A DNA stretch of 64,000 nt, from positions 1,182,406 to 1,246,405 of the forward strand of contig JAWQFM010000004.1 of NCBI GenBank assembly GCA_033442325.1, written 5' to 3'. The notes under the pieces were generated by a model. That model was not told the DNA's origin, did no database searches, and saw nothing but the letters and a program-made list of their open reading frames with translations. The stretch is from Salpingoeca rosetta (lineage: Eukaryota; Protista; Choanoflagellata). A program made the translations under genes and the position numbers. Below, in pieces: positions 1-33,960 of this stretch (position 1 is its first letter; each line of letters opens with the position of its first letter).

Positions 1-1
1 C

Positions 2-973
2 AAGCACCTCATGCATCGATGGTGTCTGCACCTTGCTCTGGGCTGCAGGAGCTGCTGCGGGTTGCTGTGGTTGTTTGCAGCCATCGGCGGTGAGACCGTG
101 TGCCGTGGATGGACCAACAGCAACAATGGGCCAGCATCGGAGGCTACTGCGCTCCTTCAGCTTGACCTCGGCTCCGTGGCTGAAGCGCACGTAGTGCCCA
201 TCAGCGCCATCACGCTGCGAGTGGCCCGTTGGCCTGCCGCTGCTGTCCCTGGTCAGACGACCGAGGGCGATGAGGTTGGCCTGGCCCTCGGGCACGTAGA
301 GGCACTCCTGTAGCACAATCTGCATCGTAGCTCCGCTCGTCGTGCGTGCATGCAACAGCACAGAGCCAACACCGCGCACGGGCACACGTGTGCCGCCAAA
401 CGCAGTGATGTGGCGTGGATGGTGCTGTTGCAGGTGCGGTGACAGCTCCACGAAGGCGTCCTTGACGAAGGTGAGGTGGTGTGAAGCACCCGTGTCTGCA
501 AGCCACGTGAGTGGGTCATGCAGCTGCGTGGGTGTAGCTGTGGTAGCGACGAAGGTTGCTGCGTCTTGACCATGTTGATGCTGTGCCTGTGCAGTGAAGC
601 CTGTTGCTCCGTTGTCGCGTTGCTTCTTGCGACACTCTGCTGCACGGTGTCCATACTTGCCACAGTAGTGACAGTTGCCACGGAAGCGGCGCCCCTTGCC
701 GTTGCCGTTGCCGTTACCGCCGCCGTTGTTGCGTCCCTGGCGTCCGTGGTTGTTGCTGTTGTTGGAGAAGCCGCGTCTTCCACCTCTGCGTGGCGGTGCG
801 CTTGCCATGAAGCCGCCTGCCTGCGGCTGTGTGCGTGAACCACGCATCTGCTGCTCCAACTGCTGCAGCCTGATGCTGAGCTCGAGGAGGGAGGGAAAGC
901 GGCCACTGGCAAAGTAGGGAAGCGTGAGCGGGGCTGTGAAGTCCTCACCACAGCGTCCACTTTCAGTTCCGTG
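2..973 (-). mobile_element. Ty1/copia LTR retrotransposon gag-pol fragment (5'-truncated; continues off the left edge of the window)
   Basis: Manual translation of a stop-free minus frame not in the ORF track: Gag CCHC knuckle CHYCGKYGHRAAEC (632-673), aspartic protease motif WLADTGASHH (DTG at 488-496), copia-type CLYVPEGQANLIALGRL, then SMHEVL resembling the start of the GAG-pre-integrase motif. Gag and protease are in one frame. In-frame TAA at 974-976; no LTR or primer-binding site seen. Confidence 0.9.
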
Positions 974-1119
974 TTATTGCCCCCGCTGCGTGATAATTTT
1001 CGTTGTTTTGACCACCATGTGAAGCAATTAATCAATGCTTGTTTACTACAGGTGTCTTCTGTGTTTCAATTCAAGCATTGCCACACCGTGCATGCACACA
1101 CAAACATCAATCACATCCA

Positions 1120-5833
<4,714 letters not shown>

Positions 5834-6007
5834 GTTGTTGTTTGTTGTGATCGTTGGCGTTGACTTGCTGAAAATCGGGTATATTTTACGTCAATTATCC
5901 ACAATGCGGTGTTTTGCAAGGAGGGACAAGCAAGCAAGAAAGAAAAAACCGCGCGGAAAACAAATACACATACACACACACACACACCCCCCCCACACAC
6001 ACACCAG

Positions 6008-6120
<113 letters not shown>

Positions 6121-6131
6121 CACACATGTCC

Positions 6132-7790
6132 TCAGCGAAAGCGGTCCTTGCCGAGTGGCTGTGGTGTATCGCGCAGGGACGAGGCGCGCTGCTGCTGGCG
6201 GTATCGTCGTTGGCGGCCGTGTTCATGTGGGCCTCCAACAGGCTCACCGTGGTGTCCAGATCCACGCGAGTCCACGCTGGAAGAGCGCGCACTGCGTGAC
6301 GCAGGGGACGGTTGTAGCTCTCGCCGGTGTGGCAGGCGTTGAGGCGACGGCGTGTGCTGCTGCTGCTGCTGCTGCTGTCGACGGCGTCGTGGCTCGTGCA
6401 TTGCGCCCCTAACATCATCAGCGGCAGCAGCATCGTTGGCGCCAACAGCGGACAGGATCGAGTCCATGACGTACTCCTGGGGCACAGTTGCGGGGCGCAC
6501 CGCCTGCCTCCTCCCGCCGCGGACCACCGGATTCGTTGGTCTGCGTCGCCGCCGCTTCTGTCGCTTGCGGCGCTTCGGCCGCGACGCAGATGAGGCGGGC
6601 ATTGCTGCGTCGCCATCGTCGGCTTCGCCGGTGCCCTGCGCCTTCTCCGCTTTCTTCGCATCGTCCTCCATTGCCGAAAGAATGGACGACATGAGGCGTG
6701 GCGGCGGCACTGCCTCAGCGCGCGCCACCAACACCCCGCGCAGGGCAACGGGCGCTCCTGAAGGGGACGGAGGCCTTGGGGACGGCACAATTGACGGGAG
6801 CCGGGGCGCAGGTGGCGGGGACAGGGCAGCCTCTGCTGCCGTGGACAGATCGGAGGAGGATGAAGACGGCGCGCGTGAGCACGAAAGCGCACACGAGGGG
6901 AGTGAGGGCGATGACGGCTGGTAGAAGGACACGAATGCTTGTCGCCCAAGCCTGTCATCATCGTCATCATAGTCACCATCACCGTCATAATCATGACCGC
7001 CACCACCGCCACCGCCATCATCATCATCATCATCATCACTGCCATCGTCAAAGTCATCATCAGCGACAGCACTTCCATGGTCACTTCCAAAATCACCACA
7101 AGCAGCACGATCATCGTGATCAGCATAGGTTGATCCAGTCACCCCAGACAGCGACGTCAGCGTGGCGGTTGCAGTTCCTGCACGGCTGGGCAGCTGCTGC
7201 GTGTTGGCTGCGTGCAGTGCTCCCTCGTAGTGCTGGGGCGGGCCGGCAAAGTGCAACTCATCGCGCGGGACGCGGCCGACCGAGAAGCGCGCACGGAACG
7301 GTTCTCCATCATCCTCATCGCCCGTGCTGTCTTCGTCGCTGTCACCCCCATCATGGCCATGGAAGTCAAAGCGGCCATGGGGGGACCAAGCAGCGCCATC
7401 ATCGCCGTCCGCCCCAGCTGCGAGCTTCTTCGCGCTCTTCTGGCGGGCAGACAGTGTCTGTGGTTGAGGTGGTAGCTGTAGCTGCTCCTCTTCGCCTTCT
7501 TCGTCGCTGTCGTTGGCTTGCGCGCGAACGCGGAACACTTCGCACTGATGCCCGCATCGCCCATCAGGGCACCTGTGGTGCTTGGAGAACCACTCGTACA
7601 TGTGGTGGGCGTGGCCGCCGTGGCCGCACCAGCACCACACCAGCAGCGACGTCACAGGCAGGCGGCAGATGGCGCACACAACTGAAGCAAACGCACAAAG
7701 AATGACACGTGACATGTGCACGAGGGAGATGTGAGCGGCAAGCATGCGTGGAATGTACACACGTGTGCAAGTGGGGGGGGGGGTGCTTGC

Positions 7791-7853
<63 letters not shown>

Positions 7854-8444
7854 TGCATGCGTGTGTGTGAATGTGTGTGTGTGTGCTTGTGTGTGTGAAT
7901 GTGCATGCGTGTGTGTGAATGTGTGTGTGTGTGCTTGTGTGTGTGAATGTGCATGTGTGTGAATGTGTATGCATGTGTGTGAATGTGTGACTGTACCTGG
8001 TTTGTTGCAGGAGCGGCAGGGTTTGCCTGGTGGGATGGATTCGTTGCAGCGCCCGCAGACGGACTGATAGACAATGTCGCGCTGGTGGTCATTCGTGATG
8101 CTCCTCAGCCCGCACGCACGCAGCACTTGCGCCCTGTCAACCATGAACAGCAACAGGCGAGAGAGTGAGTGCGTGCGAGGTGTGAGTATGTGTGTGCGAG
8201 AGCGTGTGAGTGTGTGCAACTGTGTATGTCTGCGTACAATTTTGTATCTCTGTGCGCGTGTGTGTGGGTGGAAGGAATGGCAGCAGTGACCTGTAACGCA
8301 CCGCCTGAACCACATGTTGAATCTGGCGAGGATGTCGACGTATGCGGAAAACCACTCCTCCAGCACGTGAGCCGGCACAACGTCCCGCGCAATTGGCCCA
8401 ATCGCAAGCACCATCGTGCACGCCCTGGCATGCAAAGCAAAAGC

Positions 8445-8476
<32 letters not shown>

Positions 8477-11400
8477 CGTCGTCTCGTTTAGTCTTGCATC
8501 AGACAGAACACGCCAGGCAACGCCAAAACAGCAGTGTGTGCAATGTTGCTCAAGTGATGTGTCGTGCTGCTGCTGCTGTTGTTGTTGTTGTTGGATGCAT
8601 TGTGCTTGGTGTGGAAGTGCGCAGCGACTGACATGATGACGTTTCCGGTTTCGACGTAGTACTCCATGGTCTCGTAGAGGAGGTGTGTCAGGTCTGGCGA
8701 CTCGAGGTGGATGGCGTGCAAATGGATGGCGTCCTGCTGGTCGTCGCCGCCGACGTCGCTGGCAACACCTGCAGCAGCAGGAACGGCCGAAGGTGATGCG
8801 CACGGGAGGATGAGTAAGGATATGGAGAGGGAGGAGGAAAGACAACAGTAGGCGCGCAATCAACACAAGAACGTATGGAAGGATAACCATGCATACACAA
8901 CCAGACAAATTGACAACGAGATAAACGAGGCAACCAAATCAGTTAAATTTCCTCGCCACGACAAGCAATGCACAAGAGCTGCAAGACCGCAATCCATGCT
9001 ATGCTCTGTGGTTGCGAGGTGGTCTGGCTCACCTGCATCTGCATCCTGCAGCGGCACTTCCGGCGCGACGTCGGTGACAATCTGTTGCTGGAGGGAGACG
9101 AGCGGCTCACGCTGAGCGGGCGGAGCACCGCCGTCCTCTGGGAACGGAAGGGTGGCCGTGTCCATGCCAATGTCGAACCGCGAAGAAGCACCTTTCTTCC
9201 GCCAGTTTCTGCTCAACCACGCACCACACATCATCACACAGCACACGGCACGCAGCACATGCACAAAGTGAGAGGAGACATTCAGGAACGGAATACCTGT
9301 ACGCAGACACGTCAGTGTGCCGAGGCGGACACACGCAATCACAAGCACAAGCGCAATCACAATCGCAAGCACAAACACAAAAACAGGAGCAGGAGTGCAT
9401 ACTTCATGGGTGTTTTTTTCTTATCCTTCTCGTCCTTCTTCTCGTCCTTCTTCGTATGCTTCTTCGTATGCTGCTGCTGCTGATGATGATGATGTTCTTC
9501 CTTGCGCTCGTGTTTGTCAGCTGCGGTCGCGTTGCCTGCCCGAACCCCATCGCGATCACCAGTCCCGCTTTCATCGCCATCATCATCGTCGTCATCGTCG
9601 TCGATGTCGTCGATGTCGTCGTAATCGCATATGCGAAGAAGCCGCGCAGCGCCACCATTGTCATCACCACCATTATCAGCATCAGCATCAGCGCGCTCCA
9701 ACGCGGCTGCCATGTCGTCATCTTCAACACCGTCGTGGTGGACGTACACGCCGTCCTGCACGCGTACGGTGCCCGTGTACCCACTCTTCGGCGTTGGCGA
9801 GGGCAGCCGTTTGTTCAGCTCCCGCTCCTCCCAGGCCTTGCGTGCAGCTTCGCGCTCGTTGTGGCGCCTCTTCGCCTCCACCCTCCGCCAGTACTGGCGG
9901 TCTCTCTTCCGCTCAATCGCGCGCCTGTACTCCATGTACCGCATGCGCTCGGGACCAGACAGCTGCCACCACTGCTTCCGCGGCGGCGCAGGCTTCTCCT
10001 CCGGTGACGTCGACGGCCCCTCGTGCTGCAGGAACGAACAGCACATCAGCCACGTCTGCTCGCAGGATGGTCGGGCCATGTGCAAGAGAGTGAGTGTGTG
10101 AGTGAGTCAGGGAGTATTTGGATGAGTGAGGGGTTGAGCCATTGTGGCCAAGTGAGTGAGCAAGTGAGGCAGTGAGCGGGTGAGTGAGCAAGCGAGTCAG
10201 CAAGTAAGTGGGTGAGTGGGTGACCGGTTCGCATGGTTTCACGAGAATTCCCAAAGACCACCCGAACACAGAGCAGCAGGCGTTCCCCTGCCGTTGCAAG
10301 AGCAGTGTCACCTGCGCCTCGTCGTACACGCCGGCTGTGCGGGCGACGACGGCGTTGTGCATGCAGACGGCGGCGGTGTTGCGCCCGGAGATGGCGTAAT
10401 TCTCCAGCAGATACCGCACAAGCGCCGTCTCCTCGTCAACCATGTCAAACCTGCAGCGGCACAACCGGAGATGGTGTGTGTGTGTGTGTTTAAGTGTGTG
10501 TGTGTGTGTGTCTGGCTCTCTTCTTCTTCACGAGCACATTGGTGCGGTCACCATCGCAAGCACAATCTCACTTGACGAAGCGAGCCTGTGATTTCCGGGA
10601 GCCGAGGACCACCGTCTGTTGTTGCTCTTCATCATCTTCATCATCGTGTTGCTGTTCACCCTCTCCATCATCATCATCATCATCATCATCAGCCACTTCT
10701 TCCTCGTCTTCTGATGGCGACAGTGATCGAGGGTTGCTGATGGGGGCGATGGCGGTTGTCATACGTGGATGGTGGTGTTGTGGTGGTGAGAAAGCGGCAA
10801 AGCACAAGGAGGCAGAATGGGAGGTATGGACAGGTGGACATGCCAGCACAGGCAAATGTGAGCGCCATTACACTGCGTGGTCTGCCACTCACTAGAATTC
10901 AAATGCCTCTCGCGGAGAGTACACGACACCGCGTGCCCTGCAACACCAGCAATGGCGACGCAACACGTTGCATGTGAGCAGGTGCAATTGTGCAACCAAG
11001 CAAAAAACGCAAGCACAGCCGAGAAAAGGCGTGCACACGCATCATACGCGCATCACACACACACATCACACACGCGGCACACGCAGCACACACGCAGCAC
11101 ACACGCAGCACACGCAGCACACACGCAGCACACATGCATGCAGCAGCGCGAGTCATTGCGCGTGTGTATGCACGCACGCACATGGTTTCCAGCCTGTTGT
11201 GGACTTTGTACGAGGCGGGGATCACCTCAACACAGAGCTTGTCCTTGAGCGTCTTGGCGTGGGACGGCCCACGGCGCTGCAGTCGCACGAATGAACATAC
11301 GTGATGACATCGGGGCGGTGCGGGCACGAAGCAGTGGAGAAGAGGGTGCACAATTAAAAGCCAAGCACACCAATAAAGGAACAAGGTAGTGGGCACACGA

Positions 11401-11868
11401 GCTAAAATAAGGTAAACAACAATGGGAGCCAACCACATCGAAAGATGCAGACACGCACACATACACACACATACGTACATGCACACGCACATACACATGC
11501 ACACACACACACGCACGCACACACGCACATACGCACCTTGACGGTGATGCTTGCGCTGAAGAGGAAGACGTTACGCGGGCAGTGGGGAAGAAAGCACATG
11601 TGTTTGTAGTCCCTCGGGGCATTCGCGGACATGCCACCAAAGGTGACGAGCGGAACACCGGACCGCAGCGACCATAGCACGAGCTGGTGCTTCTCCGCCA
11701 CGCACAGGCTGTGACACACAACGCAGACGCAGGGAGGGACGCAGTGCAGTGGACAGGAGAGAAGTGAGCACGCCATGATGGAGCCGCGAACACGTGTGTG
11801 TCTGTGAGTGTGTTTGTGTGTTTGTTTGCTTGTTTGTGTGTGTCTGTGTGTGTGTCTGAGAGAGAGAG

Positions 11869-11910
<42 letters not shown>

Positions 11911-14788
11911 GCAAGGTTTGATTCAAGTTTGGCGCGGGGAGGGCAGTGGACATAGCAAGGCAAACCTGATGAATGTTGAGGGTGTTTGCCAGGCAACTTG
12001 CAACACCTGTGCATGCACGCGAATAGGGACCGAATGAATGAGTGGGTACTCTTTCATCAACGACGAAGCAAGCCAGAGGGCAGAGTGTAACACACATATA
12101 CATACACGTATGCACACACATGCCATGCGAGAACCATGAGCACGGACGTTTGTTGGCTCTGAGACGCGGGCGACGACGGGAGAGGGTTCGTTTGGGCGCC
12201 CGATTTTCCTATCAAAGGAGCGGCGGTGACGGTGGTGGTGACAGTGGTGGTGAGCAGTTGATGCACAGACAGATGGGGATTGGACGGACGATCACATCGA
12301 CATACAAACAATGCATAGACACCCAACAAAAACAAGCAAACAAAGACACAGAGACAAATATACACGCACATGCACACACACACACACAAAGACACCTGCA
12401 CACACAAATATAGACATAACAAAACTACTTGCACACGTGCAACGCACCAGACGACGATGCGTTTCGCTGCGCAGGCTGCGAGGTGGCCGCTGTCGGGGGC
12501 CCAGGCCAGGGACTGCACCTTCTCTGCCACAGCAGCAGGCTCGAGGTTGGTGCTGGTCAGGTTACCTTGCAGCGTGTGCACCGTCACGCCGCCTTTGTCT
12601 GTGCCAACAGCCACGTGCGCCCCTCTTGCACTGATGGCCATCTGAAGTTTGTGTTGTGGACGGGAATGAGGTGATGGGGGAGATAATAGACGGGGGAGAT
12701 TAGAAACGTGATCGTGATGGCGCATCAACACGACACAACACACATACGCAAGTAGAGTTCGAGCAAGCGCACTAACACTGGACAAACGCACGCACTCGGT
12801 CGTTGTGGGGGGGGGTAACAAGCGGCACACACACACATTCACATACACACACATTCACATAAACATTCACACACACACACACACACACGCAAACACACAC
12901 ACACACACGCAAACACACACACACACACACACGCAAACACACGCAAACACACACGCAAACACACACATGCACACACACACACACGCAAACACACATGCAC
13001 ACAATTAAGAGGCTCACAGTTGTAATGTCGGTCTTGCTGCCAATGACGCGCATGCATGCGGTGCCCTGCCAAAGCTTGACCTCACCGCAGCGGGAGGCGG
13101 AGATAAACTCGTCGCCCTTGCCCGGTATGTGCCCGACGGCTGTGATCATCGACGCGTGCGGCCGTCGGAACGATGTCACAGACTGGTGGTGGTTCGCAGT
13201 GGCATGGGGAAGTTGTGATGGGTGATGCAATTGATGAGGAGGAGGATGCAATTGATGATGGTGATGGTGGTGGTGAGTGGTGATTGTGAACGAGGGGAAA
13301 TGGGGCAAGGGGCGGACACGAATTAAGCCGCATGCGTTGACCAAGCGTGACGTGCAGGTGATGGCGCGTTGGCAAGAGCACGGTGGTGGGCACATTTGTT
13401 GTGGCTGACCAGGGAATCGGGGCGGTTGGGGTCTTCCTTCAGCCGGTAAAGCTTCTGCCTTGCACTCATCACAACCGACAGCTCATCTGGCACAGCAGCA
13501 TATTAACATGAGGACAGTGGCGCGCGTAACCGGGGTTGACAGATAAAACCACAGACACACAACAAGCACAGAAATGGACAGAAGTACAGTTGAACACACA
13601 CACACACACACACACACACACCAACAAGCATACATACGCACACACAGATGGGAAGGTAAACACCAGCTCACATACTACAGCCCCTCACACACGCACACAC
13701 ACACGCGCGCGCGTGCGTGCATCTCCTCCAAGCGTACCGGAAACAAGGCAGGTGATGCCCGAGACGTATGCCCTGGGGAGCGTGGCTGGAAGGTTGTAGT
13801 GCTTGACATGACGCTGCTGATCCTCCCACGTGAACACGTGCAACCCTGAAGCGGTGATGCGTGTGATGTGGAGAATACAAGTGAGTTCACACAAGCAACA
13901 GAGGCATAGCACACAGACACACACACATACACACACACACACAACAAGCGCGCACACACACACACAACAAGCGCGCACGCAAACACACACACACACACAC
14001 ACACACAAGCAAGTGGTGTGAGGCTGCGTACGTTTGTGATCGACGACGACAACAGCAGCCTTGCCCGGAACAGCAGCAATGTGCACGGGTGCGCTTCCAA
14101 CATCGATGGCCTGGTTTGGCAGGAGTTGAGTGACAATCTCTGGTGGCGGGGTTGGCAGACGCGGCGGAGGTGGAGGTGGTGGAGGCGGTGGCGGGGGAGG
14201 CGGTGGCGGAGGAGGTGGAGGTGGCGGTGCTCGCTTGTCCACCAGGACAACACCCCCTGGCATGTCCAGCGTGGATGTTCGCAGCCCGCCCGAGGACGGT
14301 AAGTAGTCATCCACAACAATCGCTGTGGAGGAAGCAGAAGACGGCAATGGGGATGGAGCTGAGCCCACAGCTGCTGCTGTTGTGGTGGTCGGTGTCATTG
14401 TTGACGACAGCTGATGATGTGACGGTCGCACCGATGATGGTGTCGCTGGAGATGGGCGGTCTTCTGCAGGGACAGTGGTTGGTGCGCTGCTGTGTGTGGT
14501 TGTGGGCGTGCGTGTCGCCGTCGTCGCACCCGTTGTTGTTGTTGCTGATGATGAAGTGGATGGAGGGGTGGTTGTGGCGCCCGTGTGTGGTGTTGCTGCG
14601 GTCGTCGACGGCGCCAGTCTTGGTGGGACACCCATCCTCGTGGCTCTCGCTGTGCCCGTGTCTGTGGTGGCACCGGCATCATCGCTCACACGCCTGCTTC
14701 CACCACCACCACGGCCACCACGACCAGTGTCACGGCTGTCACCGCCACTCCCGCCAGCAGCACGGCCACTTCGTTTGCGGCGACTCAT
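6132..14788 (-). CDS. WDR24: GATOR2/SEACAT subunit WDR24 (Sea2/Rtc1)-like: WD40 repeats plus C-terminal zinc finger/RING, with long low-complexity extensions (multi-exon)
   Basis: [47 protein letters not shown] and [45 protein letters not shown] follow the WDR24 C-terminal pattern. WD40-like fragments at about 10860-14150 (e.g. [28 protein letters not shown]). Start ATG (MSRRKRSG) inferred. Confidence 0.82.
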
Positions 14789-15229
14789 ATCTCTTTGTGT
14801 GTCGCGCTGTCGTGAATGCACGCAAACGAGTTTGTCTTGTTTTTGTGCAGGGTCAGACCGGTCACCTGATTTGGGAAATTTGATCTAAATTATCCACCAT
14901 TTTTCCAGCCAAAGTGAAGCCAAGGGGGAAGAGGACGCTTCGAGCCACAAGCACCCAGCCACAAGCAGCCAGCCAGCCACCTTCTCTCCAACTCCAACCC
15001 CAGCTCCTGCTCCTGCTCTCAACCTGTCCCCACCCACCCCCCTCTACAACTGTCATCGATTGCGCCATCTTGCTCCATCTCGGACCCACCCCCTTATCTG
15101 CACACGAAAGCGCCCTTCGATCCGTCGTCTTTGTGTGTGTGTGTGTGAGTGTGTGAGTGTGTGAGTGTGTGGCTTGGTAGAGTTCCAACGCACCAGAACC
15201 AACCAAACGGAGGCAACGAACAGCCAGCC

Positions 15230-21714
<6,485 letters not shown>

Positions 21715-22066
21715 GACGTCGTCGCTCTGTTGGCGTTTGCGTTGTTTCTCATGTCGTTCGCGTGTTTGTTGGCTTCCGTTCCTGATGCCCACATGTGCTG
21801 TGGTTTGCCTTCTTTGTTCCTAAATCAAGTGTCACGCCAAAGTCACGTTTTCCTGCTTGGGTGTCACGTTCTTCCTCCCCTCTCTTCCTACATTTTGATT
21901 GCCGCCTTAAAGTGCCCCCCACAGAGTCAGCTGTGCTTGTTGTCATCGCTGTGTTGTTGAAGGTGAGGTGAGGTTGTAGTTGTGGCCTCCTTCACACGTT
22001 GTGTGTGCGTGTGTGTGCGTGCGTCTATGTGTTTAATCAACCAGAGAACGATCCAACATCGCAAGT

Positions 22067-22131
<65 letters not shown>

Positions 22132-22250
22132 AGCTGAAGTGACGAGGGAAGTGCCTCACAAGCAGACGGACAGTCAGACAGTCAGACAAACACAACACAC
22201 AACGCACACAGCAACAACACCAACACAATAACTCAACACGAACAACAGTG

Positions 22251-27572
<5,322 letters not shown>

Positions 27573-27874
27573 GATGTCAAACTTCCAGCAGACCAGCAAG
27601 CAGACCAGCAAGCAAGCAAGTAAGGCAAGCCACTGCCTTCTTCTCTTCCTCCCCTTCAGCCTTTTTGTTTGTGTTTGTGACTGATTTCAGTGTGTGCAGG
27701 CAAAACCATAAGCAGCTCTGACACATCAACATCAACAACAAGCAAGCATTTGGCCCACACACCCTTTCACTCGCTGACACACACAACCTCCTCATTTCCT
27801 CCTCCACCCATCCATCCGTCCGTCCGTCCATCCGTCCGTCCGTCCGTCCATCCATCGTTTGTGTCGACAACGCG

Positions 27875-28624
27875 ATGGCGTACCATCACCAACAACAGCA
27901 AGAGCTCAAGCCATGCGTGGATGCGAGCTGGTTTGTGGAAAGCGTGCCTGAGCGCTTCATGTGCCCCATCTGCCATGACGTGATGGTGCAGCCAACACAA
28001 GGGCCGTGCCAGCACGAGTTTGGCCACCAGTGCATCCGTGCGTGGATCAAAGATCACCCTTGCTGTCCTGTTTGCCGGGACCCGCTGACCACCTCCATGC
28101 TCACGCCCGCACGGCTCATGCGCGAGCTGGTGGAGGAGCTGCCGCTCCGCTGCAAGTTCCACAACCACGGCTGCCAGGCGCGCATCACCTTGGCTTCGGC
28201 GGACGCCCACCTGCGAGACCAGTGCACCGTCATCGAGTGCACCATGCCAGAGTGCCCTGAAATCGTGCTGCGCGAGCACCTCGCGGACCACCTGAAAGTC
28301 TGTCCGCACAACCCGGGGGCGCACGCCGCACGTATGAAGACGCTGGAGCAGCAGCAGCAGAACATGCGGGTGGTGCTGTTTGAGAACCTGCGCTCGGGCG
28401 TCGTGGATCCGCTCGTATCCGTGCACAAGCGCCTGGTGCAGAGCCAGGTGCGCATCCGTACCTTTGAGCAGACGCTTGACGAGATCTCCATCCCTCGCGA
28501 TGACGACGTGGCGCGGTCGAAGCGGAAGGAGCTGCTCCGTGTCCTGGGCCAAACCGAGGCCGCCATCGACACGCTCGCCAAGTCCATCAGCTCCTTCAAG
28601 GCGCACTGCCCCAGCAACGCTTGA
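27875..28624 (+). CDS. Intronless RING finger + TRAF-type zinc finger protein with BAG-like C-terminus (putative E3 ubiquitin ligase), 249 aa
   Basis: CPIC...CQHEFGHQC...CPVC RING; CKFHNHGC...HLRDQC and CTMPEC...HLKVCP TRAF-type fingers; C-terminal LDEISIPRDDDVARSKRKELLRVL. Confidence 0.85.
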   Translation: MAYHHQQQQELKPCVDASWFVESVPERFMCPICHDVMVQPTQGPCQHEFGHQCIRAWIKDHPCCPVCRDPLTTSMLTPARLMRELVEELPLRCKFHNHGCQARITLASADAHLRDQCTVIECTMPECPEIVLREHLADHLKVCPHNPGAHAARMKTLEQQQQNMRVVLFENLRSGVVDPLVSVHKRLVQSQVRIRTFEQTLDEISIPRDDDVARSKRKELLRVLGQTEAAIDTLAKSISSFKAHCPSNA

Positions 28625-28700
28625 TATCCGGTGTAATGTAACTTGAAGGCCGTACAGAACAGGAGGGTGCAAGAAATCCCTTCCTTTATTTGACTCGTAC

Positions 28701-28750
<50 letters not shown>

Positions 28751-29191
28751 ATGCGTGTGTGTGTGTGTGTGCGTGTGTGTGTGCCTGCGTCTCATGGACA
28801 CCGCTTGCGTGCGATGTTGTGATGTGATGTGTTTCACTTGCCCTTGTTGTGCTGTTGTTGTGGTGGGAAACGGACGGCTGGCATTGAAGTGCAGACATAT
28901 GTTACCGCGGCTGTGTGTGTGTGTGTGTGTGTGTGGTCTGTTATTCTTAATCAACTACATATCTGAATGAACGATTGCCCATATGGCAGTGCGCACCATG
29001 TGCAAAGACAAATAGCATTCGAAGAGGCGAGAGAGGGTGAACGAGAAGGGAGGAGAAAGAAAGACAGCGAAGAGAAGAACGAGAAATGGGGGGAGTGTTA
29101 AGAAAAGACAACGTGTGTGGATCTGTTCGATGATACCAGCGATAGCTGTGGTGGTGGCCGTGTTGAAGACACAAGCGCCTACCGTCTCCTG

Positions 29192-33576
<4,385 letters not shown>

Positions 33577-33614
33577 CTTCGTTGTAGAAAATCAACCGCC
33601 ACACCCACCACTAT

Positions 33615-33640
33615 TCTGGCGCCAAGGTTTGAATTGCGCG
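33615..33640. promoter_or_regulatory. Candidate E2F + CHR tandem element upstream of LRR1
   Basis: TGGCGCC-AAGG-TTTGAA about 40-60 nt upstream of the ATG. Confidence 0.4.
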
Positions 33641-33960
33641 TTGGTGACCAGTGGGTTGTTTATTGTGTGCGCGGGCGCAACCTCCTCCTCCTCCTCCTCC
33701 TCCTCCATCACCACCACCTCCTCTCTCCCTCTCTCTCTCTTCTCTCTCTCTTCTCTCTCTCTGCTCTCTCTCTTCTCTCACTCTGTCTCCTGGGGGCCTA
33801 ATTGATCAGCGTAACAACAACGTCATTGACACAAATCACACCACGCACAAACGCACACAAAAACAATCAAACACACCACACATTTGAAACACACGACACA
33901 CACGAAACACACGACACAAACAACACAAGCGACACAAGCGACAGACGACCACCACGGCGC

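Noticed and set aside
253-1035. 260-aa minus-strand ORF
   Set aside because: Alternative frame overlapping the copia gag-pol frame, which carries all the recognisable motifs.
7850-7990. ~50-nt tandem units here, and at 46915-47040 and 49204-49290, considered as CRISPR-like arrays
   Set aside because: No unique spacers and a eukaryotic intronic context; they are slippage duplications.
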